A stretch of DNA of 64,000 bases from Chloroflexota bacterium (GTDB taxonomy: Bacteria; Chloroflexota; UBA11872; VXOZ01), in contig OZ219802.1 of assembly GCA_964291655.2 (NCBI GenBank), forward strand, positions 1,696,001-1,760,000. Direction: 5' to 3'. Below the pieces are notes generated by a model that was not told the DNA's origin, made no database searches, and worked only from the letters and a program-made list of their open reading frames with translations. This document shows, in pieces, positions 1 through 9,257 of this stretch (position 1 is its first letter; every line of letters starts with the position of its first letter). The position numbers and the translations under genes are program-made.

Positions 1-1164
1 CGGGTCGGCGGCGAACGCCTGCTTGATGGGCTCGAGCAGCAGTGAACGAATGATGCAGCCGCCCTTCCATATGCGCGCCACAGTGGCGAAGTCCAGGTTG
101 TAGTCGCGTTCAGCCGAGGCTGCGGTGAGAAGATGCATGCCCTGGGCGTAGGCGGAAACCGCCGCCAGGTAGACGGCATCTTGGAGCGCGGGCAGCAACT
201 CCTCCCGCGCGCCGGCGAATGCAGGCGACGCGCCGTGCAGGATACCGTCGGCCCGCTCGCGGATCTCCTTGAAGCTGGAGAGAATCCGCGCTTCGGTTGC
301 GGCGGTAATGGTGGGAATGGGAATGCCGTGGTCGAGGGCGCTCTGGGACGTCCACTTGCCCGTGCCCTTCTGCGCCGCGCTGTCCTGGATGATTTCGACG
401 ACAAACTTGTCGGTCTCGGTGTCCTTGCGGGTCAGGATGTCGGCGGTGATCTCCACGAGGAACGACTGCAGTTCGCCGGCATTCCAACCGGCCACGACTT
501 CTTGTATTTCAGGCACGGTCATGCCCAGGCCGCGCTGCATCACGTCATAGGCTTCCGCCAGCACCTGCATGATGCCGTACTCGATACCGTTGTGGACCAT
601 TTTCACGTAGTGTCCGGCGGATCCCGGGCCTAAGTAGGCGCAGCAGGGGCCGTCGTCCACCTGTGCCGCGATCTTGGTGAAGATGGGTTCCACCGCCGCA
701 TACGCCGTCTCTGTGCCGCCGGGCATGATGGAAGGTCCGTGCAGCGCGCCGTACTCGCCGCCGCTCACGCCGGTGCCGATGTAGCCGCGCCCCTGCGCTT
801 CTACGGCCGCGGCCCTGCGCTCGGTATCGTCATAAAACGAGTTGCCGCCGTCGATTATGAGGTCGCCGGGATCGAGCAGCGGCAGCAAGGCATCAATTAC
901 CGCATCCGTTCCCGCGCCCGCCTGCACCATGAGCATTGCCTTGCGCGGGGGCTTGAGGGCGGCAACGAAATCTTCCAGCGTCAGGGCGCCAACCACGTTC
1001 TTGCCCTGTCCCCGCTCTTTGACGAACGCCTCAGTACGCGAGGTCGTACGGTTGAAAACCGCCACCGTAAAACCCTTGCTCTCAATGTTCAAGGCAAGGT
1101 TCTGTCCCATAACCGCCATGCCGATGACACCAATGTCACAGGTGCCTGCGTTCTGCTCTGCCAT
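1..1164 (-). CDS. gndA: NADP-dependent 6-phosphogluconate dehydrogenase, decarboxylating (3' part runs off window)
   Basis: Manual translation from ATG 1164: MAEQNAGTCDIGVIGMAVMGQNLALNIESKGFTVAVFNRT...IIDGGNS...GVSGGEYGALHGPSIMPGG...GHYVKMVHNGIEYG, classic 6PGDH motifs. Confidence 0.95.
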   Translation of the reverse strand, partial: MAEQNAGTCDIGVIGMAVMGQNLALNIESKGFTVAVFNRTTSRTEAFVKERGQGKNVVGALTLEDFVAALKPPRKAMLMVQAGAGTDAVIDALLPLLDPGDLIIDGGNSFYDDTERRAAAVEAQGRGYIGTGVSGGEYGALHGPSIMPGGTETAYAAVEPIFTKIAAQVDDGPCCAYLGPGSAGHYVKMVHNGIEYGIMQVLAEAYDVMQRGLGMTVPEIQEVVAGWNAGELQSFLVEITADILTRKDTETDKFVVEIIQDSAAQKGTGKWTSQSALDHGIPIPTITAATEARILSSFKEIRERADGILHGASPAFAGAREELLPALQDAVYLAAVSAYAQGMHLLTAASAERDYNLDFATVARIWKGGCIIRSLLLEPIKQAFAADP

Positions 1165-1447
1165 GTAGTCGCTTTCTCCCTAAATACATACTTGTCGATA
1201 GTGCTCTCAGCCTGGTATCGTCAGGAGCGGAGCACGAACTGCCAATGCCGCTGCGAGCGGCCCTGTATGCCTCTGCGCTAGATTGTAGCAGGTAAGACGG
1301 GCATCGCGCCCACCGCGCCTCAGCCTCATTGCAGAAGTGCTAATCCGAGAGTGGAGAGCAGCGACAGTGGCGAGTTGTGTATAATCCACGCGTGGTTGCG
1401 TTGTTTAGTTTCAGCCTATTAATGGCTTTGAAGGAGAGATTTGGGGC

Positions 1448-2236
1448 ATGACGCACATCATGGTGCCGGACGGCGTTTTTCCGGTCTGGCTGTGGGGCCT
1501 TGGCTGGGTGGTTACGATTGCTATGGTCGGACTGATCGTTCTGCGCACGGACCGTGAAGCCATGGTGCGCATGGTGCCATTGATTGGCGTGATGGCCGCG
1601 CTGATGACGGTTGCCATGTCGTTTGCGCTCGTTCCTATCGCCTATGAGCCGCACCTGACCGTGGTAGCCGGTATCTTGCTCGGGCCAGTCTACGGCTTCA
1701 TTGCGGGCCTCATCTTCATGATTCTCCGCTGGCTCATGGGCGACGGGGCGGTTACCCTCATCGGGATCAACACCCTGCTCATGGGGGCAGAGGTCACCAT
1801 AGGATACCTGCTCTTCCGGGGTTTCTTGAGATTGCTAAGGGAGCGCGCAGCCCTCACAGCGGGGATTAGCGCATTCATTGCGCTTGCGTTGACGACCGGG
1901 TTGTTTCTCGGCGTTGTCGCGGCTGGCAACATCAACCCATTTCAAGGCGAGATGGGGGAACTGGGCGCGTATAGCATTGAAACAGGCACAATCCAGGATC
2001 CCTTTGCCGAGGGCGTGGTGGCATTGCACGTTTTCGAGGGTGATCATGAGGAGCATGAGGAAGCGCCCACTATCGTTGGAGAGTCCCCGTTCTTGGTCTA
2101 TGCCCGTGCGGTGTTAATCCTCGGTCTGATCGGATGGGTGTTGGAAGGCGTCTTGGTAAGCTTGATCATCGGTTTCTTGGCGCGCGTACGGCGCGACTTG
2201 GTGATACCGACGCGTGTCCCGACAGCCCAAGAATAG
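1448..2236 (+). CDS. cbiM: ECF transporter S component, CbiM/NikM family (Co/Ni)
   Basis: N-terminal (T)HIMVPDG metal-binding motif, multiple TM helices, GILLGP and GDGAVTLIGIN motifs; GAAGGAG RBS. Confidence 0.85.
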   Translation: MTHIMVPDGVFPVWLWGLGWVVTIAMVGLIVLRTDREAMVRMVPLIGVMAALMTVAMSFALVPIAYEPHLTVVAGILLGPVYGFIAGLIFMILRWLMGDGAVTLIGINTLLMGAEVTIGYLLFRGFLRLLRERAALTAGISAFIALALTTGLFLGVVAAGNINPFQGEMGELGAYSIETGTIQDPFAEGVVALHVFEGDHEEHEEAPTIVGESPFLVYARAVLILGLIGWVLEGVLVSLIIGFLARVRRDLVIPTRVPTAQE

Positions 2237-2267
2237 AAGGCGCTCGTAATCGCGTCAGCCCATGTAG

Positions 2268-2501
2268 GAGACCTTTGCATAACCCCACTTTCAAGCAGGG
2301 CACTCCCTCTCCTGGGGGAGAGGGTTGGGGTGAGGGGGTCTTTTTGCTACAATGGCCCTTTACGCTGGGAAGTGTCAAGACGTATCAGGGCAGATTCGGT
2401 GTGCATGTGGATAGCTTTCAGGAGATTCACCCTCACCCTAGCCCTCTCCCGTCGAGGGAGAGGGAACTATTTCGCTACCGCTTGAGTTGCGCAAAGGTCT
2501 C
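2268..2501. mobile_element. Non-autonomous ~234-bp MITE-like shell (copy A), termini GAGACCTTTGC...GCAAAGGTCTC, internal REP hairpins
   Basis: Terminal inverted repeat; flanked by direct repeat CATGTAG (2261-2267 / 2502-2508); related copies at 14166, 46649, 56969. Confidence 0.8.
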
Positions 2502-2504
2502 CAT

Positions 2505-2530
2505 GTAGGGGCACGACATGTCGTGCCCCT
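2505..2530 (+). repeat. GTAG-tagged REP hairpin
   Basis: GTAGGGGCACGACATGTCGTGCCCCT, palindrome preceded by GTAG tag. Confidence 0.75.
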
Positions 2531-2552
2531 CCGGTATGAGGAACAGACCCTA

Positions 2553-3401
2553 ATGGATATCGGCACGGTTGATCTCTGGGCAACGCATTACCGCAGTTGG
2601 CTGCATAATGCCACGCTGTCGGCCAAAGTATTGCTCGTGGTGGCGGTACTTGTGACCGTGATGCTGGCAGACCACGTCGTGCTCTTGCTGGCAACGTACG
2701 GCCTGGTGCTGGCCTTGCTCCTCACTACACCGCTGCCGGTGCTGACACTTGGCGCAACCTCGCTCTACACGGTGTTTTTTGTGGCTATCTTCGCCATCTC
2801 GCGCTGGGACGGCACCTGGCTCACGGTCCTCACCATCATCGCCAAGGCGCCTACAATGGCGCTGGTTGTCCTGCTGCTCGTTGCCTCCACACCCTATCCG
2901 CGCATCTTTGCGCCGCTGAGCCGGTTTCTGCCCGCGTTGGTGGCTGAGAGCCTTCTCATGGCCTATCGCGCGGTGTTTGTCCTGTTGGAACTCACCCGGC
3001 GCTTGCTGCTCTCGCTGCGACTGCGGGGCGGGCTCGGCGGCGGTTCGCCGTGGCAACGGGTTAAGAACCTCAGCATCGGCCTGGGGCTGGTCTTTGTGCA
3101 CAGCATGGACTATGTGCAACGGCTGTATACGGTCATGCGGTTACGGGGCTACGCTGGTCAATTGGCCGGCACGCCGCGTGCTGGGACCGTATCCCGACAT
3201 TCCGGCGGCAGACGGCATCTCTCTGCTCTACTCCGGCGTGATGACGCGGCCCTATGCGGCGTAGCGTTCGTTACTGTTGGCAGCGCGCTCATGGGTCGCG
3301 CCAGCGGGACTGCCTGGCCGATGTACGGTTTGGCAGTGGTGAGTGTTGTCGTTCTGATTGGCGCCCAGCTTTTCCGCATGTTCCGCCGGCCCGCCGGATA
3401 G
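2553..3401 (+). CDS. cbiQ: ECF transporter T component, CbiQ family
   Basis: TM protein with SWLH..AK start, YR motif and LRG...MRLRGY coupling motifs; follows cbiM; ATG 2553 after GAGG. Confidence 0.85.
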   Translation: MDIGTVDLWATHYRSWLHNATLSAKVLLVVAVLVTVMLADHVVLLLATYGLVLALLLTTPLPVLTLGATSLYTVFFVAIFAISRWDGTWLTVLTIIAKAPTMALVVLLLVASTPYPRIFAPLSRFLPALVAESLLMAYRAVFVLLELTRRLLLSLRLRGGLGGGSPWQRVKNLSIGLGLVFVHSMDYVQRLYTVMRLRGYAGQLAGTPRAGTVSRHSGGRRHLSALLRRDDAALCGVAFVTVGSALMGRASGTAWPMYGLAVVSVVVLIGAQLFRMFRRPAG

Positions 3402-3528
3402 GACAGAAGGCACGGCTGTTCCGCATACTGTCACCCATACGCGCGGCCGGCGAGTGAGTAAGCGGTACACGAAAAGCGCGCGCAAGGGTGAAGTGACGGC
3501 AAATGCGGCTCTGGAAGGATAGGGGATT

Positions 3529-4593
3529 ATGATGCGTTCAGTGGTGTCCTACGTACGCGCTTTGGGACTGCTGGTAACCGTGCTTGTGTTGGCTGGCTGC
3601 GCAATGCAGGAACCCTATGCGCAAGAGCCCAATCTGATAGATGGTGAACCGGCGCCGCTCACAGTCGAAGTTCTTAAGAATGCTACATATAAGTCTGACT
3701 TTGTGAAGGGTGGACAGGCGCAGTTGCAGGACGGCGTGTACGAGGAGCAGGTTGCGCCGGACTCCGCCAGTGAGAACACTCTCGCGTTGACCGAACACAT
3801 GGCCTTTGGCGATGTAAACGGTGACAGACTCGAGGATGCTGCCGTCGTGCTGGTGGCAAGTGGGGGCGGCAGCGGCTCGTTCCACACGCTGGCTATCGTC
3901 ATCAACAGAATGGGCAACCCGTTCCATTTTCACTCCGCCGCGCTCGGGGACCGTGTGCAAATCGACTCAGTCGAGATCGAGAATGCCGTCATCACGGTGC
4001 GGATGGTGACACATGGTGAGGGAGATGCCATGTGTTGTCCCACGCAGGCGGAAGTGCGCCGCTACAACTTGGGCTTTGGCGTGCTCAGGTTGCTTGAACG
4101 CATCACGCCGGCCGGCAAACTAACGGAGGAAGCGCTGCGCAACGCCACCTATCAGCATGAGTTTGCCCAGGACGGCCAGGCGCAGTTGCAGGACGGCACG
4201 TACGAAGAGGCAATCGAGGGTTCAGCGAGCAAGATTCACATCGCAATGACGGACGCGGTAGCCTTTGGCGACATCAATGGCGACGGCATATGGGATGCCG
4301 CAGTGGTGCTGGAAGCTAGCGGCGGCGGCAGCGGCACGTTCCGTTCGCTGGAAGCCGTCATCAACGACGAGGGCGCACCGGTGCACGTGGCTTCCGCTTT
4401 GCTGGGCGACCGGGTGAAGGTCGAGGAGATCATAGTTGCGGATCAATACATCAGGGTGCAAATGGTGATCCACGGCGAAGGCGACGGGATGTGCTGTCCC
4501 ACGCTGCGTGTGGTGCACCTGTATCAGTTGAGCGAGGACGGTTTGGTATTGCGCCATCAGGAAGAGAAGGGGCGAGTCGGCGATTCTGAATAG
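3529..4593 (+). CDS. Lipoprotein with two tandem LppP/LprE-like domains
   Basis: Lipobox VLAGC; internal duplication, each half with FGDxNGD, GGGSG(S/T)F, LGDRV and GDxMCCP. Confidence 0.7.
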   Translation: MMRSVVSYVRALGLLVTVLVLAGCAMQEPYAQEPNLIDGEPAPLTVEVLKNATYKSDFVKGGQAQLQDGVYEEQVAPDSASENTLALTEHMAFGDVNGDRLEDAAVVLVASGGGSGSFHTLAIVINRMGNPFHFHSAALGDRVQIDSVEIENAVITVRMVTHGEGDAMCCPTQAEVRRYNLGFGVLRLLERITPAGKLTEEALRNATYQHEFAQDGQAQLQDGTYEEAIEGSASKIHIAMTDAVAFGDINGDGIWDAAVVLEASGGGSGTFRSLEAVINDEGAPVHVASALLGDRVKVEEIIVADQYIRVQMVIHGEGDGMCCPTLRVVHLYQLSEDGLVLRHQEEKGRVGDSE

Positions 4594-4616
4594 CCGGCCA
4601 CAGGCGTACAACCCGA

Positions 4617-4660
4617 CAGCGCAGCCCAGTAAATACTGGGCTGCGCTGCTTTCTTTTTTT
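4617..4660 (+). terminator. Rho-independent terminator
   Basis: 14-bp stem CAGCGCAGCCCAGT/ACTGGGCTGCGCTG followed by T-run. Confidence 0.85.
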
Positions 4661-4790
4661 GACGAGGGGATGTCAGACCGGCGCAAACCGTTCTGGCATA
4701 TTGAGGCATAGAGCCCCTGCCCAAGTTGGCAGGCCCCGATTGCTTCTTGCGTGGGACGAATTTACGTGCAGCCGAGGACTGCAGCCCGCA

Positions 4791-5044
4791 AGCGCTCCTT
4801 GCTTTCGACGACTGCGAGCGCTACTTGAGCTCGACGACTGCGAGCGCTACTTGAGCTCGACGACTGCGAGCGCTACTTGAGCTCGACGACTGCGAGCGCT
4901 ACTTGAGCTCGACGACTGCGAGCGCTACTTGAGCTCGACGACTGCGAGCGCTACTTGAGCTCGACGACTGCGAGCGCTACTTGAGCTCGACGACTGCGAG
5001 CGCTACTTGAGCTCGACGACTGCGAACTCTACTTGAGTTCGACG
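4791..5044. repeat. 26-bp tandem repeat (8 full units plus degenerate ends) reiterating the rplL 3' end
   Basis: CTACTTGAGCTCGACGACTGCGAGCG at 4821, 4847, 4873, 4899, 4925, 4951, 4977, 5003; in register with the rplL stop at 5029. Confidence 0.95.
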
Positions 5045-5415
5045 GTGGCCCCCACCTCTTCCAACTTGCCCTTGACCTCTTCGCCCTCTTCCTTGCTCAC
5101 GCCTTCCTTGATCGGATTCGGCGCCGCTTCCACGGCCGCCTTGGCTTCACGCAGACCCAGGCCGGTGATCTCGCGCACGGCCTTGATGACCTGGATTTTC
5201 TTGTCGCCAATGTCCGTGAGCACGACGTCGAACGAATCCTTCTCCTCTTCAGCCGCGGCGCCGTCGCCATCGCCCGATGCCGCTGCCACCGCGACCGGTG
5301 CGGCAGCCGAAACGCCGAACTTCTCTTCCAAAGCCTTTACAAGCTCTGAGACTTCGAGCAACGTCATGTTCTCGATAGCCCCAATAATGTCCTCAGTCGA
5401 AATCGTCTGTGCCAT
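5029..5415 (-). CDS. rplL: 50S ribosomal protein L7/L12
   Basis: [39 protein letters not shown]. Confidence 0.98.
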   Translation of the reverse strand: MAQTISTEDIIGAIENMTLLEVSELVKALEEKFGVSAAAPVAVAAASGDGDGAAAEEEKDSFDVVLTDIGDKKIQVIKAVREITGLGLREAKAAVEAAPNPIKEGVSKEEGEEVKGKLEEVGATVELK

Positions 5416-5516
5416 GTCTTTCTTTCCTTCCGGTAGAATCACATTCGTTCAATAGATTCGATATAGTGTGCAAATCGTCTTCGCCCGGTGAATAGTAGGC
5501 GAGAATGCAGTGACAG

Positions 5517-6050
5517 CTAGGCGCCTTCCGATTGCTGCAACTGATCCGCCCGTGCTTGCAGCACGAGCGCCAGACTTCTTGCCACGGCGCTGAGCACGCC
5601 CACCAAGTTCGTCGCGGGGGACTGCATGCTCCCCAGCATCTTGGCCAGCAGCTCCTCGCGTGACGGCAGCGACGCCAGTGCGCGGACCTCATCGGCGCTA
5701 ATGGCCTGTCCGTTCATTAGGGCACCGCGTACTTCGAGGGCATCCACGCTTTTGGCGAAAGTTGTTAGGGCTTTAGCTACCGTCACCATGTCGCCGTCGG
5801 CAAATGCGATGCCGCTTGGGCCATCCAGCAGTTGGGTGAGGCCAGCCTGGTCTTCCCGCTCCGCAGCCAAGCGCAGCAACGTGTTCTTCGCCACTTTGAA
5901 CTGGCCGCCGGCAGCCCTGAGTTCGCGGCGAAGCGTTTGCATCTGTCCTACGGTGAGACCCCGGTAGTCGGCAACGATGGCCAGATCTGTGCCCCGCAGC
6001 CGCTCGCGCAAGTCTTCGATGATTGCGGCCTTTTCCTCACGAGTTCCCAA
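5517..6050 (-). CDS. rplJ: 50S ribosomal protein L10
   Basis: DYRGLTV, KVAKNTL, LASLPSREELLA; TTG start with AGGAGGTG RBS. Confidence 0.97.
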   Translation of the reverse strand: MGTREEKAAIIEDLRERLRGTDLAIVADYRGLTVGQMQTLRRELRAAGGQFKVAKNTLLRLAAEREDQAGLTQLLDGPSGIAFADGDMVTVAKALTTFAKSVDALEVRGALMNGQAISADEVRALASLPSREELLAKMLGSMQSPATNLVGVLSAVARSLALVLQARADQLQQSEGA

Positions 6051-6071
6051 AGCGCATCACCTCCTCTCTTA

Positions 6072-6250
6072 AAGTAAAAGAACCTTGGCGTCGACCAAGG
6101 TTCTGCGCAGCTTTCTCACGCCCACCACGCTCCGCAATGCGGTGAAGCGCGGCAATCGTCCGTGTGCTGCGGTCTTACCTATACAGGCTTGCCTCGCGCT
6201 TTGAGGATTATACTCCCCCACCGGGAGTGCCTGTGGTCAACGGCATATTT
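6072..6250 (-). promoter_or_regulatory. L10 leader (autoregulatory RNA) with attenuator-like hairpin
   Basis: Minus strand CCGTTGACCACAGG...ATAA...CCTGTATAGG resembles the L10-leader core; hairpin 6079-6104 followed by U-run just upstream of rplJ. Confidence 0.7.
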
Positions 6251-6570
6251 GGGTATTTTCCTCGTGCTCGTGCACGCTTATACCAGCATAGCAGGTGCCG
6301 TGCCGCCCATGCAATCTCCAGTCGCGGCGAAGCTTCAGCCTTCTCCTGGACTCCCCGGCAATGTGCTCCCCTATCGGGTTGAAGATAGGGGAATGGCAGA
6401 AATGGCAACCCAGCAACCGGGGGCAAGCGGAAAGCTGTGTCGACAAGACAGAGACCCTCGCACCGGCCTGCGCCTCGTAATCCTGGCGACAGGGACTCTG
6501 GCATGCAGCCTTCGCTACATGTGGGACACCCTCGGCACGTCCCAACTGAAAACATCCAGCTTAATTGAAT

Positions 6571-6601
6571 GATGGCTGCGGGCAATATGCCCGCAGCCAT
6601 C
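6571..6601 (-). terminator. Probable terminator hairpin
   Basis: GATGGCTGCGGGCA/TGCCCGCAGCCATC stem downstream of the 6667 ORF. Confidence 0.55.
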
Positions 6602-6666
6602 GTCACGCTCTTATCTCATATCCCTGCAAGGAAGCAGGGCTTGCGACGCAAGATCGAGAGCAAGCG

Positions 6667-7965
6667 TTATTCTATATTCACAACGATGTCAACCGCCATC
6701 TCGTTACGTCGTGAGAGGAAGGGCGCCACCGAATTCAGCATGTCTCCTGCCTCGTCACCGGCAAAAGCTGCTGCAACCGTAGCCAGGTTTTGCAGGGCCT
6801 CATCGTCTCCCAAGAAAACGGTCATAGCATACACGTCATCCAGGTAGATATCAAGGCCTTGCGGGACCAGCTTGACAGTAATCGTGCTCAAGCCGCCTTC
6901 CTTCAAGCCTGCCACTGTGTCAGCCGGAAGCATACCAGGCATGCTCAGATTCAAGCCAATGGCTTCGAGCAACGGCGCGGTATTTTCCAGTATGACAACC
7001 TCAGGCACCAGCAGGTCTCCGTTGGCGTTCAGGACCGTGCCGACCAACAGCGGGTATTGGTTTTCCGCAGCGCCGGGAACGTCGGGAGGCTGCGATGTTT
7101 CGCCGGTGAACTTGTCTACCGCTGCCGCGCCGTCCGCCGTGGGGAAATCCACAGCAACGGTGCCAATCATCGCCAGTGCCAGGGGCACCGCGAGATCAGG
7201 CAGGACCACGTCATAGCCAAGTCCTTTGACAAGCGAAATTACTTTATCCAATGCGGCTGCATCATAATTTACGGAAACGCGTACAGCAAAGCCGCCATTG
7301 ACGTAGACGTCAATATCGCCGCCCGGCCCTTTGATGAGTTGGATGTGTTGAAGATTGGCCGTCTTTAGCGATTCGATGGCTGAGGCCGATAGGACTTCAC
7401 CAATACCGAGCTGGCTCAGTTCGCCTTCAGAAAGACTAAGGTTGAACTGTTGCCCGGCAAGGTGCATCCCGACCTCTATGCCGCTGACACTGCCGTCTTC
7501 ACCGAACTGAACGGCTGCCTGGGGCAAGCCATACACTTCGATTGATTCTTCAGCGCGCTCCGGAGGTGCGCCTGGACCGGAAACCGGGGCTACCTCTGAG
7601 AGACGCGCTGGCGCAAACGGTGTAGAAAGCCCGTGGCTGACAAAGCCGGTCGAAACGATCAAGAGTGAAGCCAGCAGGCCTACTATTCCGCCGATGATCA
7701 AGCCGACAATGCCCACGGCCTGACCTGTACCGGTACCACCACCTAGTTGGTGCCCTGCCTTGTAGCCAAGCCCCGCGCCTAGGTAGAGCAGTGAGAAGAG
7801 CAAACCAAAACTCACCAAGAACAGAATAGCTGCGAACTTAGTGAGTCCCCCACCGACCGCTACCAGAACAATTAGAGCGATGATGACAAGGACCAACCAC
7901 AGAATTGGTACGGGCACCCACCAGTGTCTCCAGGTGGTCATAGCCTTCCCTCTCTGTGCTTGCAT
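6667..7965 (-). CDS. Uncharacterised membrane-anchored protein (3 N-terminal TM helices plus repeated acidic domain)
   Basis: 432-aa ORF, hydrophobic N-terminus, domain shared with the 8121 ORF (HIQLIKGPGGDIDVYVNG). Confidence 0.75.
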   Translation of the reverse strand: MQAQRGKAMTTWRHWWVPVPILWLVLVIIALIVLVAVGGGLTKFAAILFLVSFGLLFSLLYLGAGLGYKAGHQLGGGTGTGQAVGIVGLIIGGIVGLLASLLIVSTGFVSHGLSTPFAPARLSEVAPVSGPGAPPERAEESIEVYGLPQAAVQFGEDGSVSGIEVGMHLAGQQFNLSLSEGELSQLGIGEVLSASAIESLKTANLQHIQLIKGPGGDIDVYVNGGFAVRVSVNYDAAALDKVISLVKGLGYDVVLPDLAVPLALAMIGTVAVDFPTADGAAAVDKFTGETSQPPDVPGAAENQYPLLVGTVLNANGDLLVPEVVILENTAPLLEAIGLNLSMPGMLPADTVAGLKEGGLSTITVKLVPQGLDIYLDDVYAMTVFLGDDEALQNLATVAAAFAGDEAGDMLNSVAPFLSRRNEMAVDIVVNIE

Positions 7966-8023
7966 GCATTCATGGTTTCAAGTCTAACGATCATGCAAAG
8001 ATACTGTCTGTCTTTCTAAGCAA

Positions 8024-8059
8024 TGAGGGATACCCTTGGGGCGCGTAGGGTATCCCTCA
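8024..8059 (-). terminator. Intergenic hairpin (terminator or RNA-stability element)
   Basis: TGAGGGATACCCT...AGGGTATCCCTCA inverted repeat. Confidence 0.55.
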
Positions 8060-8120
8060 CATCACCTGCGTATGACGGGGAGCGTAGTGCTTTTCCTGAT
8101 TTGCACTACTGCAACCCTTC

Positions 8121-9113
8121 TTACGGCAGGCTCACCGTCAGGTCAACGTCAATGCGGTCACGCAAGTGCAGGTAATCCAGCGCCAAGCCGGCCTGGGGTG
8201 CGAACGCAGTGAGAATACCCAGTGCGTCGGCGTTCCCAAGGCGAACGTCAGCCAGCATCTCGCCGTTGCTGCCCAGTGAGAGCCCGTCATTGTTAATCTT
8301 GACGTTCAACTCGCTGATGCCGTTGGACGCCATGAGGGCAACGATATCAGCTGTAAGATTAGCAACTGTACCGAGGCCAAGCTCTGCTGCGGACATACCC
8401 AACACCGAGAGATTGCCATCAGCATCGTAACTAACGTTGGCTTTCGCCATCAACTCAATCTCTTGTTGCTCGGTACCCACGTAGCCGGAAGGTGCGCCTT
8501 CTTCACGGACCGGGATGTCCGAATCACCAATGGTAATGACCACGTCACCGCCAGAAGCGATCACCACGGGAACCACGACGTCCTTCAAGGGGATACCGAA
8601 ACCGGTGAAACCTTCCACCAGAGCCAATACCCGCTCGTAGTTCGCCGCATCCTCACCCAAGTTTACACCGATGGTGTAGGCGCCGTTGACGTAGATGTCA
8701 ATCAAGCCGTCCACGCCCTTAACAATCTGTAGGTGCTCGACACCAGCGGCCGTAAGCAAGCCTAAGGTCATGGCATCGAGACCCAGCGCCGGCACAGGAA
8801 TACCGAACGCGCCCAGCGCGGCTAGGTCTTTCGCTGAAATACTCACCGGCGTAGCCGTGCCGCCAATAAATACGCTAGTCGTTACCGACTGCAGCGAACC
8901 ATCGTCACCAAGGGCGATGGTAATTCGAGGCGGCACGATCACAACTTCCATCTGCCCCGCAGATGCGCTGGATTGAGCCGCTGAAGCGATGCGCGCGGGC
9001 AGCGATACTGCCAGCAGCGCAACTATTACCGCAATCACGAGAGCGACCTGGACAAGGGAACTGTACAGGAACGTCCTATCGAGTGATTGGGTAGGGTATC
9101 TGGTAATACGCAT
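8121..9113 (-). CDS. Uncharacterised exported protein, paralogue of the 6667 ORF
   Basis: Signal/TM segment; HLQIVKGVDGLIDIYVNG; AGGAGG RBS. Confidence 0.75.
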   Translation of the reverse strand: MRITRYPTQSLDRTFLYSSLVQVALVIAVIVALLAVSLPARIASAAQSSASAGQMEVVIVPPRITIALGDDGSLQSVTTSVFIGGTATPVSISAKDLAALGAFGIPVPALGLDAMTLGLLTAAGVEHLQIVKGVDGLIDIYVNGAYTIGVNLGEDAANYERVLALVEGFTGFGIPLKDVVVPVVIASGGDVVITIGDSDIPVREEGAPSGYVGTEQQEIELMAKANVSYDADGNLSVLGMSAAELGLGTVANLTADIVALMASNGISELNVKINNDGLSLGSNGEMLADVRLGNADALGILTAFAPQAGLALDYLHLRDRIDVDLTVSLP

Positions 9114-9228
9114 TGATCCCTCCTCCTGAAGATCCGTTCGGGTTCGGTACGCCCCTTCACCGAACGCTACCTATAAAGATACTTTCTGCTCACCACGATT
9201 TTGATACCCACGGTGTGGTGCTGCTGAC

Positions 9229-9257
9229 ATTATGGGGAACGCACAAATACCTGTCAA
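9229..9257 (-). promoter_or_regulatory. Sigma70-type promoter
   Basis: Minus strand TTGACA (9257-9252), 17 bp, CATAAT (9234-9229). Confidence 0.7.

Noticed and set aside
110-1281. Short ORFs listed in the track over the window start
   Set aside because: The region is occupied by gndA on the minus strand, missed by the track because its stop lies outside the window
1207-1440. Cobalamin or NiCo riboswitch upstream of cbiM
   Set aside because: Could not identify the conserved motifs by eye, and a TATAAT at 1380 leaves only a short leader; needs an Rfam scan
4791-5044. CRISPR array
   Set aside because: Units are contiguous and identical with no unique spacers; no cas genes
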